Below are positions 1 to 12,374 of a stretch of DNA of 42,614 nt, one piece after another. The translations under genes were made by a program, and so were the position numbers. Positions within the stretch are counted from its first letter, which is position 1. Every line of letters starts with the position of its first letter. The stretch is from a virus. Lineage: Duplodnaviria; Caudoviricetes. Where the stretch lies: positions 1 through 42,614 of IMG/VR virus record IMGVR_UViG_3300025339_000007. One strand, written 5' to 3'. The notes under the pieces were generated by a model, which ran no database searches, was not told the origin of the DNA, and saw nothing but the letters and a program-made list of their open reading frames with translations.

Positions 1-16
1 CAATGTGCGGAGCCAT
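1..16 (-). CDS. 5' fragment (MAPHI...) running off the left edge; probably the N-terminus of the metallophosphoesterase at the right edge
   Basis: ATG at 16, just after the stop of 23..337; 16 nt plus the 50 nt upstream of 42564 equals 22 codons in frame. Confidence 0.5.
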
Positions 17-22
17 AATCGT

Positions 23-337
23 TTATGCGGCTGGTTTTGGGTAAAGAGCAAGTAAAACCGCAGAAATGGCATCGTTGCCAGAATTTACATTCAAAAATTG
101 TCGCATTCTTGCATCTACATCGGCATCGGTAAATTGACCAGCTTGATCGTATGACGGGGTAGTATTTTTGTTCCAAAGAGTCAAATGTTGCCCCGTTGGT
201 TTAATCGTTGCAGTAGCAGACTGACGGGCGTTGTCATAAACAACAAACCAATCAATTTGAGTAAAAGTGATTGGCTTAAATTCCTTCCCATTGTACGGAG
301 GAGGCGTAATCGTAATTGGTGAAGATAGTATAATCAT
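23..337 (-). CDS. hypothetical protein, possible tail fibre assembly/accessory protein
   Basis: 104-aa ORF directly downstream of the tail fibre-like genes; LTLW...YDQAGQFTDADVDAR. Confidence 0.55.
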   Translation of the reverse strand: MIILSSPITITPPPYNGKEFKPITFTQIDWFVVYDNARQSATATIKPTGQHLTLWNKNTTPSYDQAGQFTDADVDARMRQFLNVNSGNDAISAVLLALYPKPAA

Positions 338-341
338 AATT

Positions 342-689
342 TTAGAATTTAATAAACCAAGGGAATCTCAGCAAGCGTGAAATAAATCCACCACTTCCAC
401 CGCTTGATGGAACATTAAAAGCAATAGCTCCTGCAAAAAAGTTAAGAGCATTAGATGTTGCGCTTTGGGAATGGAAAGTCAGCGTACCTTGAACAGCAAA
501 TTGAGGAGTAAAAAAGTTAATAAAATATGAGTTTCCAACGATTGCGCTATCATAAATATCTGCGTTTCCATTTACAAAAACATAATTTAACGATGAATTA
601 TTTCTCATTGTTAGGTTTTGGTTAAATGTCACACCAAGATAGCTACCATAGCTATTGTCCAACATTACAACATTTCCGTAAAGTGCCAT
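342..689 (-). CDS. beta-helix-like tail protein; probable C-terminal part of the 702..2138 gene
   Basis: Same frame as 702..2138, separated by TAA plus 12 nt; continues the VxMxDxS repeat pattern. Confidence 0.6.
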   Translation of the reverse strand: MALYGNVVMLDNSYGSYLGVTFNQNLTMRNNSSLNYVFVNGNADIYDSAIVGNSYFINFFTPQFAVQGTLTFHSQSATSNALNFFAGAIAFNVPSSGGSGGFISRLLRFPWFIKF

Positions 690-701
690 AGTCGTTTTAT
701 T

Positions 702-2138
702 TTATCCGTCTGCTTGGAAGGATGTGTTATCGTGCATGGTAAGGGCTTCTGATACAGTTATATCAAAATCCGAAGCCAAATTTATTGATCCATATCCATA
801 TGCATCAATACTTGTTACCGAAAAATTATAGGGATATGTGCTGGCGTATTGAAATCCCGTTCCATAAACATAACATACTGTAGATGGATCTGGAAGAACT
901 TGAGAACCAACTGAATTAATTGGCCTTGTAGTAAAAGTATCATCTGCCCACCAATTATTCAAATCATCTACTACTCCGTAGCTTCCAGCTCCAGATACTT
1001 GATCATTAAAATACTGTGGAGATGCGGCGGGCCCACCAATATAACTTACAGTTCCAGCAACAGTTCCTCCGATTGGGTATTGTGCATTGCCGCCATCATA
1101 ATACACATAAGCATTTCCTCCGATATACCCAAAAGCCCTAGAAGAATCACGCATTGTAACATTTCCATCAATTACAGAAGTTGATGTCAGTTGTGAAGAA
1201 TCATGCATACTTACCCCATCCGTAGAATGTCCAGCCATTGCAGAATTTCCCTGCATATTAACAACACCGCTTGATTGAAGCGTTAATCCATAAGCAAAAT
1301 CAGCAGACCAAAATGTAGCACGAAGGCAAAAACATTGATTGGAACCTTGTGTGTTTTGTGTAACTTGGTTGTAAAGATTAACAGGGGTGCTAGATGTTGG
1401 AAGAGAAGTTGCCTGAATTGTAAAATTGGGATCTTGCCACCAATTTAGAAGGTTTCCCCAATCTCCATCATTTTGTGCATTATTATAGTAAAGACCTAAA
1501 TAAAATGGATAAGTATTGCCACTTCCCCCGTTATAAAGATCATTAATTTCAGTTGGAGTTAAAGCGCGATTCCAAGCTCCTATTTCATCAAGTTGAACCG
1601 CGGAAGATCCACCAACATAACCTCCATCGCTACAAGCAAATAAACCAAATATAGCGGTAAAATTACTAGAGTTACTACCTGTTCCAACTTCACTTCCATT
1701 AAGATATATTTTAATCTCTGCACCACTTCTAGTACAACTAATCATATACCAACTATCAAAAGTTGGACTAAAAGTATATGAAGCTATATATCCAACATTT
1801 GCAATTCCGGCATATAATCTGTTAAAACTTAAATTAAGATCAAATCCTCCATATGTTGCTCCAGAAAATTGCTGAACATCAAGTGGAGCTCCAATTGGAA
1901 TTGCTGCCCAATAATTAATAGAGAAGTCACCAGAAAAATCTAAAGAATTTGTGGTTCTATAATAACCAGATCCATTTCCAACCGCATCTCCTGCAATAAT
2001 ACCAGATCCCAAAGACGGATCAGGAGAGCCATTTACGATAAGATTGTTTCCATTACTGGTAGAATCCAGTAATGAAACCCCACCAGAACCATTATTATTA
2101 AGGTTCCAGTAAGCTAAAATGTTATCTGTAAGAGCCAT
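702..2138 (-). CDS. LamG/concanavalin A-like domain tail or receptor-binding protein
   Basis: LAYWNLN...WYMISCTRSG..IKIYLNG...LDEIGAWNRALTPTEINDLYN LamG signature, followed by two NWW-containing repeats and beta-helix segments. Confidence 0.85.
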   Translation of the reverse strand: MALTDNILAYWNLNNNGSGGVSLLDSTSNGNNLIVNGSPDPSLGSGIIAGDAVGNGSGYYRTTNSLDFSGDFSINYWAAIPIGAPLDVQQFSGATYGGFDLNLSFNRLYAGIANVGYIASYTFSPTFDSWYMISCTRSGAEIKIYLNGSEVGTGSNSSNFTAIFGLFACSDGGYVGGSSAVQLDEIGAWNRALTPTEINDLYNGGSGNTYPFYLGLYYNNAQNDGDWGNLLNWWQDPNFTIQATSLPTSSTPVNLYNQVTQNTQGSNQCFCLRATFWSADFAYGLTLQSSGVVNMQGNSAMAGHSTDGVSMHDSSQLTSTSVIDGNVTMRDSSRAFGYIGGNAYVYYDGGNAQYPIGGTVAGTVSYIGGPAASPQYFNDQVSGAGSYGVVDDLNNWWADDTFTTRPINSVGSQVLPDPSTVCYVYGTGFQYASTYPYNFSVTSIDAYGYGSINLASDFDITVSEALTMHDNTSFQADG

Positions 2139-2374
2139 TAGCTACGGACAATGGATGTGATGTTATTGCTTCCATCGTAAGAGATGGTAAGCGTTTTTAG
2201 AACCTGATCTCCATTTTTGATGACCACGGTTCCCGGTTTGTCCGCCGCAACATAATTGGAAAAAACGTAATCGTATCCAACGCCACTCACGGCATCAAGA
2301 ATCTTGGCAAGCTCAACATTTTCTTGATCCATCGTGTTAGCGACGGCGGGTTGATAAATAGTTGGGTAGCTCAT
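2138..2374 (-). CDS. small structural/hypothetical protein
   Basis: 78 aa, stop overlaps the next start; C-terminal TLTISYDGSNNITSIVRS typical of phage tail accessory proteins. Confidence 0.65.
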   Translation of the reverse strand: MSYPTIYQPAVANTMDQENVELAKILDAVSGVGYDYVFSNYVAADKPGTVVIKNGDQVLKTLTISYDGSNNITSIVRS

Positions 2375-2376
2375 AA

Positions 2377-2661
2377 TTATTCCTCCTCGCCTCCTTCGGC
2401 GTATTGTTCTCCAGTGTCTTCCATTTCGGCAGATCCCTTCTTGTCCTCCATAGCGGCGAGCTGTTCCTTCACGGCCTGTTTCGCTCCCTTTGGCTTCTCT
2501 TCCTTGTCGGACTTACCGCCAATTGGAGTCTTGTCCTCTCCAATGGCTAGGATGTGGATCTGATCTCCGTCAATCTTGAAGGAGGCAATGTCGCTAAACT
2601 CTGCGCCGTCCTTCACTCCAGATGGCACATTGTAATCTTTGGGGATGGAAAAAGAAGGCAT
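2377..2661 (-). CDS. acidic hypothetical protein
   Basis: 94 aa, tightly packed, A-rich leader with TTGACT upstream. Confidence 0.65.
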   Translation of the reverse strand: MPSFSIPKDYNVPSGVKDGAEFSDIASFKIDGDQIHILAIGEDKTPIGGKSDKEEKPKGAKQAVKEQLAAMEDKKGSAEMEDTGEQYAEGGEEE

Positions 2662-2765
2662 ATTGATTGTTTAGGTTATGGCTACATTTTAGTCAAGAGC
2701 TATTTCTGAATTGGCGGGGATGGTGGAATAGGTGGAACTTTGGGGCGACTTTGTGTGTTCATAAT

Positions 2766-5686
<2,921 letters not shown>

Positions 5687-5690
<4 letters not shown>

Positions 5691-6040
5691 TGAGAAATGT
5701 AATCGCTTGCGTAAAGATTTCCTTCCATCACCCGAATCTGTGTTCCATTGGTCCAAGATACCAACACATCATATCGGTGAAAGTTTTCACCAGAGGTGGT
5801 TGGGATATTTAAGGTGGTCGAGGCATTCATCGCAAGCTGAAGATAACCATCAGCCGCATTTAAAATTGTAGGCTCAAAAGAAGCAATTAGATTCCCTTCA
5901 GAGAAATCCCTTACTTGAGCAACAATCGTAGCTCCAGTTAAATTAATGGCATTAGGAGGGGTGTTTCCATCATTCAAGGTAACAACCAAAAGATAATCAG
6001 AGTTCCTTTCAATGTTAATAGGAAATGAAGCGGCAGACAT
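5687..6040 (-). CDS. BppU-like/tail fibre anchoring small protein
   Basis: [13 protein letters not shown]...YDVLV...RVMEG pattern; start moved to ATG 6040, downstream of the capsid terminator. Confidence 0.7.
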
Positions 6041-6077
6041 ATTTTCAATAAACACTATTTGCAATAATCCAGTCAAC

Positions 6078-6116
6078 AGAAAAGCCCCTCCAGATTTCTC
6101 CAGAGGGGCTTTCTTT
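6078..6116 (-). terminator. intrinsic terminator after the major capsid gene
   Basis: AAAGCCCCTC...GAGGGGCTTT hairpin with T-tracts on both sides. Confidence 0.85.
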
Positions 6117-6129
6117 GAATACCTATCTA

Positions 6130-7374
6130 TTAGGAATAGGAGCAACCGGCGAAGCTCAGATCATACGGGCAACGCTTGTGGATCACAGCGCGACCAAGAT
6201 ACGGAGCAATCGGGTGGGAGCCAGACTGGAAGATTGCCAGCCAGCGACCGATCTTGCCGAGGGGGTTGTTCACAGCATCACGGATGTTGAGCCAGAAGAA
6301 CTGCCCACTGTAGTAGTAGGGATAGTCATCAAACGGCGCACCGGGGATGTTGGGGCCAACCTGCTGAACGCTCTCCTCATACACATCGGGGTGGAAGATG
6401 TACGAGACCTCGTAGGGGGCGACATTGTAGGCGGGGTTAACCTCCCAAGTGTAGCCATTCGAGGTGGCAGACTGGATGTAGGGATAAACCTGCTGCCAGT
6501 TGTTGCCGCTGAACGTGAAGCGGGGAAGCTCCAGATCAATCATGTGGTAGAATCCAGCGAAGGAACGCTCGACACCAAGAGGAGCAATAAGCTCGCTAGG
6601 GGTGGCATAGCGGATGTCTTGACGCAGATCAGCGTTGTTACGGAGCAGATCGCGGCTCGTCTCAGGACTGGTGATCAGACCGAGGACGGGAACGCCATTC
6701 TCCTTACCAAGCGCATTGTGACCAGCACCATCGCGGATAAGCTGAACACGCAGAACATCAAGGAGATCCTGCGAGAGCTTGGCCGTAGGAGCGGGGATCG
6801 CATTGCCAGTCGCGCTGTTATACAAAGCGTTAGGCACGGTGGTTCCGTTGATGGCGGCAGACTGATAGACAGTCTGGCTCACATCTCCAGCGACCAGCTT
6901 GCCAGCGATACGGAGGAACTCCGAGCGGCGGCGGTTGTCAAGAACCGTCTTGGTCAGCTGGGTAAGCTGATGAACGGTCTTGCCGACCTGAGCCTCAATC
7001 TGGAACGCAGTCTTCAGATCGTCCAAGCAGATGCAAGGAGTCTGATAGCTCTGGGTCTGAAGCTGCCAAGTGCGGAGGGTCTGACCAAACGCAAGGTTGT
7101 TAGGAGTAGGATTGCAACCCGCAACGTTGTTGGGGCTACCAAGTCCCGACGAGGTGGAGACGTTCGACCAGGTGTTTTCGAAGTTACCCGAAAGAACGCG
7201 CTCAACCGTAACTTCCGTCAGGGTCGTGCCCATTCCGAGGGGGAACTTACCAACGCGAACGAGGCGACCCCAAGGGCCGTCAACAGAGTAACGCTCGTAA
7301 ATATCCACATTGAACCTGTTTGTCTCACGTTCAAAAATGTCATTTACCGTAGAGCATGAAATTGTGCTAGACAT
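6130..7374 (-). CDS. major capsid protein
   Basis: 414 aa with own promoter and terminator and strong codon bias; CICLDDL and L..DLLD..R..LIRDGA segments typical of this phage group's capsids. Confidence 0.8.
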   Translation of the reverse strand: MSSTISCSTVNDIFERETNRFNVDIYERYSVDGPWGRLVRVGKFPLGMGTTLTEVTVERVLSGNFENTWSNVSTSSGLGSPNNVAGCNPTPNNLAFGQTLRTWQLQTQSYQTPCICLDDLKTAFQIEAQVGKTVHQLTQLTKTVLDNRRRSEFLRIAGKLVAGDVSQTVYQSAAINGTTVPNALYNSATGNAIPAPTAKLSQDLLDVLRVQLIRDGAGHNALGKENGVPVLGLITSPETSRDLLRNNADLRQDIRYATPSELIAPLGVERSFAGFYHMIDLELPRFTFSGNNWQQVYPYIQSATSNGYTWEVNPAYNVAPYEVSYIFHPDVYEESVQQVGPNIPGAPFDDYPYYYSGQFFWLNIRDAVNNPLGKIGRWLAIFQSGSHPIAPYLGRAVIHKRCPYDLSFAGCSYS

Positions 7375-7491
7375 AATTATTAAATTGATTAGTGTTTATG
7401 AATCTATCGTCGTGATAAATTCGTTGGCGAAGGCGGCGAAACTTCAATACGCCAGTTTTATTTAGGGTGCGACTCCCAATACGCAATCCAA

Positions 7492-7521
7492 CGCCTACAA
7501 CAAAACTAATTAACTCGTCAA
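7492..7521 (-). promoter_or_regulatory. sigma70-like promoter for the capsid gene
   Basis: TTGACG-18 nt-TAGGCG about 120 nt upstream of the ATG. Confidence 0.5.
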
Positions 7522-8655
7522 GGGAAATTTTCTATAAAGCCAATCTAAGTTATCTCTATCAGGGTTAGGCTCATACCACCCTTTGCCATTATAGATGTTA
7601 GAGATGCTATAAAAGAACTCCTCATACATGGCAGCAACTTTCTCTAGCGAGAAATTCTCTGCCCATTTACGGCAATTCATTGGATTAATTTTCTCGATAT
7701 TCTTTGCCGCCCAAGTGATATGCTCAAATGTGCGGCAACGATAGCCGGTAATCCCATGAAGATTTAGCTCCCCAAAGCAAGCCCAGTCAGTAGAAATAAT
7801 GGGCGTTCCTGATAGCATGGCCTCAATCTGTGTGCCTCCAAATGGCTCTCCGTAGGTGGTGAGAACGAATTGCGCCTTGGCATTCGCCATAAGCTCGCGC
7901 CTCTTATCTACTCCAGCATATCCGCAATACTCCACATGATCTGGAATCTTATCATATCCCATATCCAGAATGTTGCCCTGTCCTGCAATCTTCAGCTTTG
8001 CACCAATAGCCTCCGTTGCTTGAATAGCAATGTCCACTCCCTTGTGCGATCCAATTCTTCCTAAACAAAGGAAGTAATCTTCTTTTGACTCGTTGTAGGT
8101 GAAGTCCTCCAGATCAAAGTAATTAGGGATTACGGCATCATACCAAGAGAAATGCCCCGGTCTATTGACTGCTTGCATTCCGTAATACGCCGCCATAAGA
8201 GACTGGCTTTCAAAGACGCGATAGGGGGCGAATATGCCACCGCTGTAGCCGATCCCTGGCTCCACGATAAGCATATCTGGATGGGCATCTGCGATTGCCT
8301 TGTGTCCCCATCCCCAGAAACATAGCAAGAAATCGCCTTTTTCTTTACGCTTGCCTATCTCATCTATACAATTTTTGTAGAAATATTTATACGCTACGTC
8401 TTCTAGGTCGTACTTAAAGTTCTGTGTCTTCCAATCGTAATCTCCATAGGCTTCCTTGAGGATGGCATCATTGGTCACCCCCACGTTCTCATCGCAATCC
8501 ACTTCGCTTTGATCGTGTCCGTAATGGATGATCTCATGCCCACGGGCCTTCATCATCTTGCAGAACTTCACCACCTTCTGCGTGAAGGCACAGGCTACAT
8601 AGTCTTTATTGGAGATTGTGTGCGGAATCCCCAGAGCGTGAAATCTAAACTTCAA
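7510..8655 (-). CDS. glycosyltransferase, GT-B fold (GT4/RfaB-like)
   Basis: YFLCLGRIGSHKGVDIAI and EPFGGTQIEAMLSGTPII motifs. Confidence 0.92.
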   Translation of the reverse strand: MKFRFHALGIPHTISNKDYVACAFTQKVVKFCKMMKARGHEIIHYGHDQSEVDCDENVGVTNDAILKEAYGDYDWKTQNFKYDLEDVAYKYFYKNCIDEIGKRKEKGDFLLCFWGWGHKAIADAHPDMLIVEPGIGYSGGIFAPYRVFESQSLMAAYYGMQAVNRPGHFSWYDAVIPNYFDLEDFTYNESKEDYFLCLGRIGSHKGVDIAIQATEAIGAKLKIAGQGNILDMGYDKIPDHVEYCGYAGVDKRRELMANAKAQFVLTTYGEPFGGTQIEAMLSGTPIISTDWACFGELNLHGITGYRCRTFEHITWAAKNIEKINPMNCRKWAENFSLEKVAAMYEEFFYSISNIYNGKGWYEPNPDRDNLDWLYRKFPLTS

Positions 8656-8977
8656 GGTATGATTTGAGGCGGGTTAGGTTTTCTGTGGTAATGAGAGGCG
8701 CGGTAAGTCGGATTAGTCTCCATCCCATGAAAGCGGCTTCTAGGTATTTCTCTGCGTCTTTAAGGAATCCTCCTCCTCGTGCGTGACGGCCTCCCCAAGC
8801 CCCTCCTTCGATTTCAATGAGCGTCTTTGTTGGCTCGTGAGCGTAATCAGCCCTCCACTTCCTCACAGGATGGAACCGATATTCCATCAGCAACGGCTGG
8901 CCGCCTATGCTTGCCCAGAGAAGGTCGAACTTTCTTTCCAAGCTGCTTGGAACCCTTGGTTTTTTTGATCCACCCAT
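8645..8977 (-). CDS. PD-(D/E)XK endonuclease (DUF559/Vsr-like phage family)
   Basis: EYRFHPVRKWRADYA...IEIEGG.W.GRH.RG.GF.KDAEKY; start uncertain. Confidence 0.8.
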   Translation of the reverse strand: MGGSKKPRVPSSLERKFDLLWASIGGQPLLMEYRFHPVRKWRADYAHEPTKTLIEIEGGAWGGRHARGGGFLKDAEKYLEAAFMGWRLIRLTAPLITTENLTRLKSYLEV

Positions 8978-9905
8978 GTTGGACGAGGGCTTGCTTGACT
9001 TTGCGCTTGAGGCCGGGATTGGACTCTGCGGAGGCAAGGATTGAATAGAACCGCTCAACGACGATGGCTTGTTGATCTTGCGGGGCTTCTTCAGATTGTA
9101 TTTGCGGTTTTTCTTCATTGGAAATTGGGGCTGGAGAAGGCTGTTCAAATGAGGCAGCGATCTCTGTCGCACCCGTCCGTAGCTCTCCTACGACTCTAGT
9201 TCCCTCTCCAGCAAGACCATCGTTTAGCAATACGCCTCGCTTGTCTGGATGATAAATTACTGCACCGGCCTTCACAAAGGAAGGATCAACATTATTTTTT
9301 CTCCATTGATGCGGTTGATCGCCGGTTCCCCGCCAGTCGTGCTGAATGAGATTAGTGCGGTGCATCTTGGGAAGAATATCTGATGCCGCCCAAATGTCCC
9401 AGGCAAACTCTTCAGTCCCATTGCTACAATTGAAAATGCGTGGGGCAGTAATGGCTAGGTTCCAATCATAAACGGCAACGCCACTCATGTGATCAATTCC
9501 ATTTTGAATGTCGCTACTGGAAAGTTCTACAAAGTCTCCCATGAAAGGCTTTCCGCAAGACCTATACTCTGCCTCAATCTGATCAAGCCACCCTTCGCAT
9601 AAGGGAATGGCATCGGGTTCCATGAACAGGAATGGCTGGCGAGTGGTGAGGATGGAATGCCAGCAGATATTTTGGAAAGCTCGATTGCAACTCACGGGCC
9701 ATCCTTTCTCTGCATGACCAGAGGGAACGACATGCACCTTACGGAAGCAGTTCTCTAGAGGAAGCCTGATCTTGTCTGTGGTAGCCCCGTGGCAGGGTGA
9801 TAGGATAATCTCATGGTTGAGATAAGGGCCGAGTTGCTTGACCCTGTTTGCCCAGCGAACCATGAGAGGCTGGTCGCCTTGATGATAAGAGATTGCTACA
9901 ATCAT
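8847..9905 (-). CDS. glycosyltransferase-like protein (GT-A-like)
   Basis: FLFMEPDAIP (ExD motif), WLDQIEAEY, PFMG, HMSGVAVY; basic disordered C-terminal tail. Confidence 0.6.
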   Translation of the reverse strand: MIVAISYHQGDQPLMVRWANRVKQLGPYLNHEIILSPCHGATTDKIRLPLENCFRKVHVVPSGHAEKGWPVSCNRAFQNICWHSILTTRQPFLFMEPDAIPLCEGWLDQIEAEYRSCGKPFMGDFVELSSSDIQNGIDHMSGVAVYDWNLAITAPRIFNCSNGTEEFAWDIWAASDILPKMHRTNLIQHDWRGTGDQPHQWRKNNVDPSFVKAGAVIYHPDKRGVLLNDGLAGEGTRVVGELRTGATEIAASFEQPSPAPISNEEKPQIQSEEAPQDQQAIVVERFYSILASAESNPGLKRKVKQALVQHGWIKKTKGSKQLGKKVRPSLGKHRRPAVADGISVPSCEEVEG

Positions 9906-9919
9906 TTTCTATTGCGGTC

Positions 9920-9949
9920 TTTGTATCGCAACAAAAAGCAATGTGTCAA
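9920..9949 (-). promoter_or_regulatory. sigma70-like promoter of the GT-endonuclease-GT unit
   Basis: TTGACA-18 nt-TACAAA ending 14 nt before ATG 9905. Confidence 0.6.
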
Positions 9950-9956
9950 TGAAGAA

Positions 9957-10403
9957 TTATGTCCAAGCAAGAGTAAGTCCGACAACATAATAAGTTGTGG
10001 GACATGGCCCTGATACTTGCTGAACTTGCCAAGATCCAGTTATTTGTTTTGGTGTTGAAGTGCAACTTAAAACGCCAGAATCAATAAGAAGTGAATAACC
10101 ACAAGTTCCATAAGCATAATTACCACTTAGTCCAATAATGTATGAAATGTGTGGGGCTATTCTAAAACCTATTCCAAAATTAGAATCATATGCGTAATAA
10201 ACATCATATGCAATACCTGTGCATGAACGATCATCTGAAACTGCCGTTATTGTTCCATTTGCAGTAAAAACGCCATCTGGCGTGGAAAGCTCAATATAAA
10301 CAGAAGTGCTTCCAGAAATATCTGAAAGCCCGCAATCCACGCATCCGCACGGGCTTCCACCAGTGCAATTAGAATCACCGCAACTTGGTAGATAGATAGC
10401 CAT
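9957..10403 (-). CDS. Cys-rich tail-associated protein
   Basis: MAIYLPSCGDSNCTGGSPCGCVDCG; ATG at 10403 follows the stop at 10406. Confidence 0.65.
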   Translation of the reverse strand: MAIYLPSCGDSNCTGGSPCGCVDCGLSDISGSTSVYIELSTPDGVFTANGTITAVSDDRSCTGIAYDVYYAYDSNFGIGFRIAPHISYIIGLSGNYAYGTCGYSLLIDSGVLSCTSTPKQITGSWQVQQVSGPCPTTYYVVGLTLAWT

Positions 10404-10405
10404 AT

Positions 10406-10627
10406 TTAATAAGGTTGTCCATTTGCCCAAACATCTAAACTTTTAGTAACGCCATCTACGCAAACTTGCAGGGTAACAATAGTTGGCTTTCTGGATGGAA
10501 TTACATTATTAAAAGAATGTGATTTATTTTGTCCAGCGGCAACAGCGCCATTAAATTGAAAAGACACGCCGCCTGATAAGGCATTAGGGTCAAGTTGTGG
10601 TGCAGATATTTGAGGATAGTATTCCAT
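10406..10627 (-). CDS. small tail protein
   Basis: 73 aa, coupled to the upstream gene; C-terminal VCVDG motif. Confidence 0.65.
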   Translation of the reverse strand: MEYYPQISAPQLDPNALSGGVSFQFNGAVAAGQNKSHSFNNVIPSRKPTIVTLQVCVDGVTKSLDVWANGQPY

Positions 10628-12363
10628 TAAATTAATTTAACCCAAAGTTCCCTTGATTGATAAATTCCGCTTCTCCAGTATTTTGATTCCCAAGAAATCT
10701 TAACATATGTTCCAATTAGGCCCAAATAATCAGTTGCGCTTAATGGAGAGGTAGCGGGAAATGAAATGTTTTCACATCCCTGTAATGATGTTCCGCAAAA
10801 ATAACACGGATTAGTTGCCCATGTCGGGGTAATTGCATCACAGATTACGCCGCCAAAATCAAAATTAACAAATATGCCAGTATACGCCATTTGAAGAAGA
10901 ACCGGCGAAAACAAATCTGTATCTGCTGGCGTTGGTGGGCCATAAGTATAACTTGTAATTGTTTTAAATGTTGTTTGCCTATTTTGGGATGACCTTGTGT
11001 TTGGCCTTACAATAATTCTAAAATCACTTGTTCCTCCGCAAGACAAATCTACTGATGCAACATCAAGACTAAAAACAAGCGTGGGGCTTGTATAAGTTCC
11101 AGTATGATATTCAGTAATTGCTGGAGGGAGACTTGAGTAAGATACAGTGGTCCGTTGCGTTTGATACGGATTTATTAATTCATCTCGCAATGAAAGCAAT
11201 CCTTCATTTGGATAAGTGCCACTTGTTCCAGCGGGGATGATTTGCTTTTTAATTTCAAGATTACGTTGAAAAACATCATCATACTGATAGCCAGTTAATA
11301 CAGATGGACTTACATACTCAACTGATGTGAGTTTGGATTTTGCACTATCAATAGGAGTAATTTCCTTTTTGATTGTATTTTGATTTACAGAAATATGTGA
11401 TCCGTAAGAAACAATACTTTCTGAAGCAGAAGCCACTCCAAATTCACCAAGGACTTCTCCCCCCAACGATGTTGGGCCGCTAGAAGTTGTGGTTCGCTTT
11501 CTGCTCTTGGTGGCAGTTATTGCCTCAACACTTGACTGAAGAACGCTTGTGGTTAGAGCATCTGGAGCCGTTCCAGCAGGAACAATAAGGTCTGAAGAAG
11601 ATGTGTCGCCAAGAAGCCCTGCTTTGTTTTCAGAACTTGTCAACGTGGCGTAGCTTGCAACCGTGTTATATGTTTTGGTGCTTTTAACAGAATCAACCGG
11701 CTCTACTGATGTTTGAGTAACCAAATACCCATCTGCATTCGGGGCCGTTCCAGCCGCCACGGTCTGCTTGGTTATGGTCTCAATATCTCCACGGGAATCA
11801 AGCTGTTGACCCGTAAGGACAGGGCCAGGGATGCTCTCATACACCCTTTGCACAGCCACATAACGGGAACGCAGAGGATTATCATCAGGCAACTCCACCA
11901 TTTTTTGCTGTGCAATAATCTGAGTGCCGCCAAACACAGGATCAACCGATCCTAGCGTGGTGGAAGAATACTGACTACGAGGCACAATATATGTGCGAGA
12001 AGTGATGGGAAAGTCAGGATTGTTTGCGCTGTAATCTAGCCCGTAGTTCCAAGGGTCTTGAGATGCCAAAGTTCGATCATTGGCGTAGGTGTTATAGACA
12101 AACTCGCCGTCTGGCGTGGGAGCTTGATAAACGAGATATAGTGTGGATGGCCACTTGTTTGCGTCCCTACCGGTGTAGGTTACAGAACCATCTAGCGGCT
12201 GAGGATTGTAGTTGCCTTTCTCAATGCTCTCTTTAACGACAAGGATGATATGCCCATCCTTGGTGTAGTAATTGGGAACTACAGGCGTAGGATATTGAGC
12301 CACTCCCACCTCTAGGGGAGGATGTGGGAAGGCTGGTTGCTTGGGCTGTTTAGAGGTTGCCAT
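10627..12363 (-). CDS. tail structural protein
   Basis: 578 aa, Thr/Ser-rich with ~45-aa internal repeats (SVEPVDSVKS / SVEAITATKS / EITPIDSAKS), in the structural operon. Confidence 0.65.
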   Translation of the reverse strand: MATSKQPKQPAFPHPPLEVGVAQYPTPVVPNYYTKDGHIILVVKESIEKGNYNPQPLDGSVTYTGRDANKWPSTLYLVYQAPTPDGEFVYNTYANDRTLASQDPWNYGLDYSANNPDFPITSRTYIVPRSQYSSTTLGSVDPVFGGTQIIAQQKMVELPDDNPLRSRYVAVQRVYESIPGPVLTGQQLDSRGDIETITKQTVAAGTAPNADGYLVTQTSVEPVDSVKSTKTYNTVASYATLTSSENKAGLLGDTSSSDLIVPAGTAPDALTTSVLQSSVEAITATKSRKRTTTSSGPTSLGGEVLGEFGVASASESIVSYGSHISVNQNTIKKEITPIDSAKSKLTSVEYVSPSVLTGYQYDDVFQRNLEIKKQIIPAGTSGTYPNEGLLSLRDELINPYQTQRTTVSYSSLPPAITEYHTGTYTSPTLVFSLDVASVDLSCGGTSDFRIIVRPNTRSSQNRQTTFKTITSYTYGPPTPADTDLFSPVLLQMAYTGIFVNFDFGGVICDAITPTWATNPCYFCGTSLQGCENISFPATSPLSATDYLGLIGTYVKISWESKYWRSGIYQSRELWVKLI

Positions 12364-12374
12364 AAGATTAGATC

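Noticed and set aside
690-704. Genome-wide stop codon recoding
   Set aside because: TAA, TAG and TGA all end well-formed genes and coding density is high under the standard code
6115-7359. 414-aa antisense ORF over the capsid gene
   Set aside because: Codon-aligned shadow frame, explained by avoidance of TTA/CTA/TCA codons in a highly expressed gene; no recognisable domain
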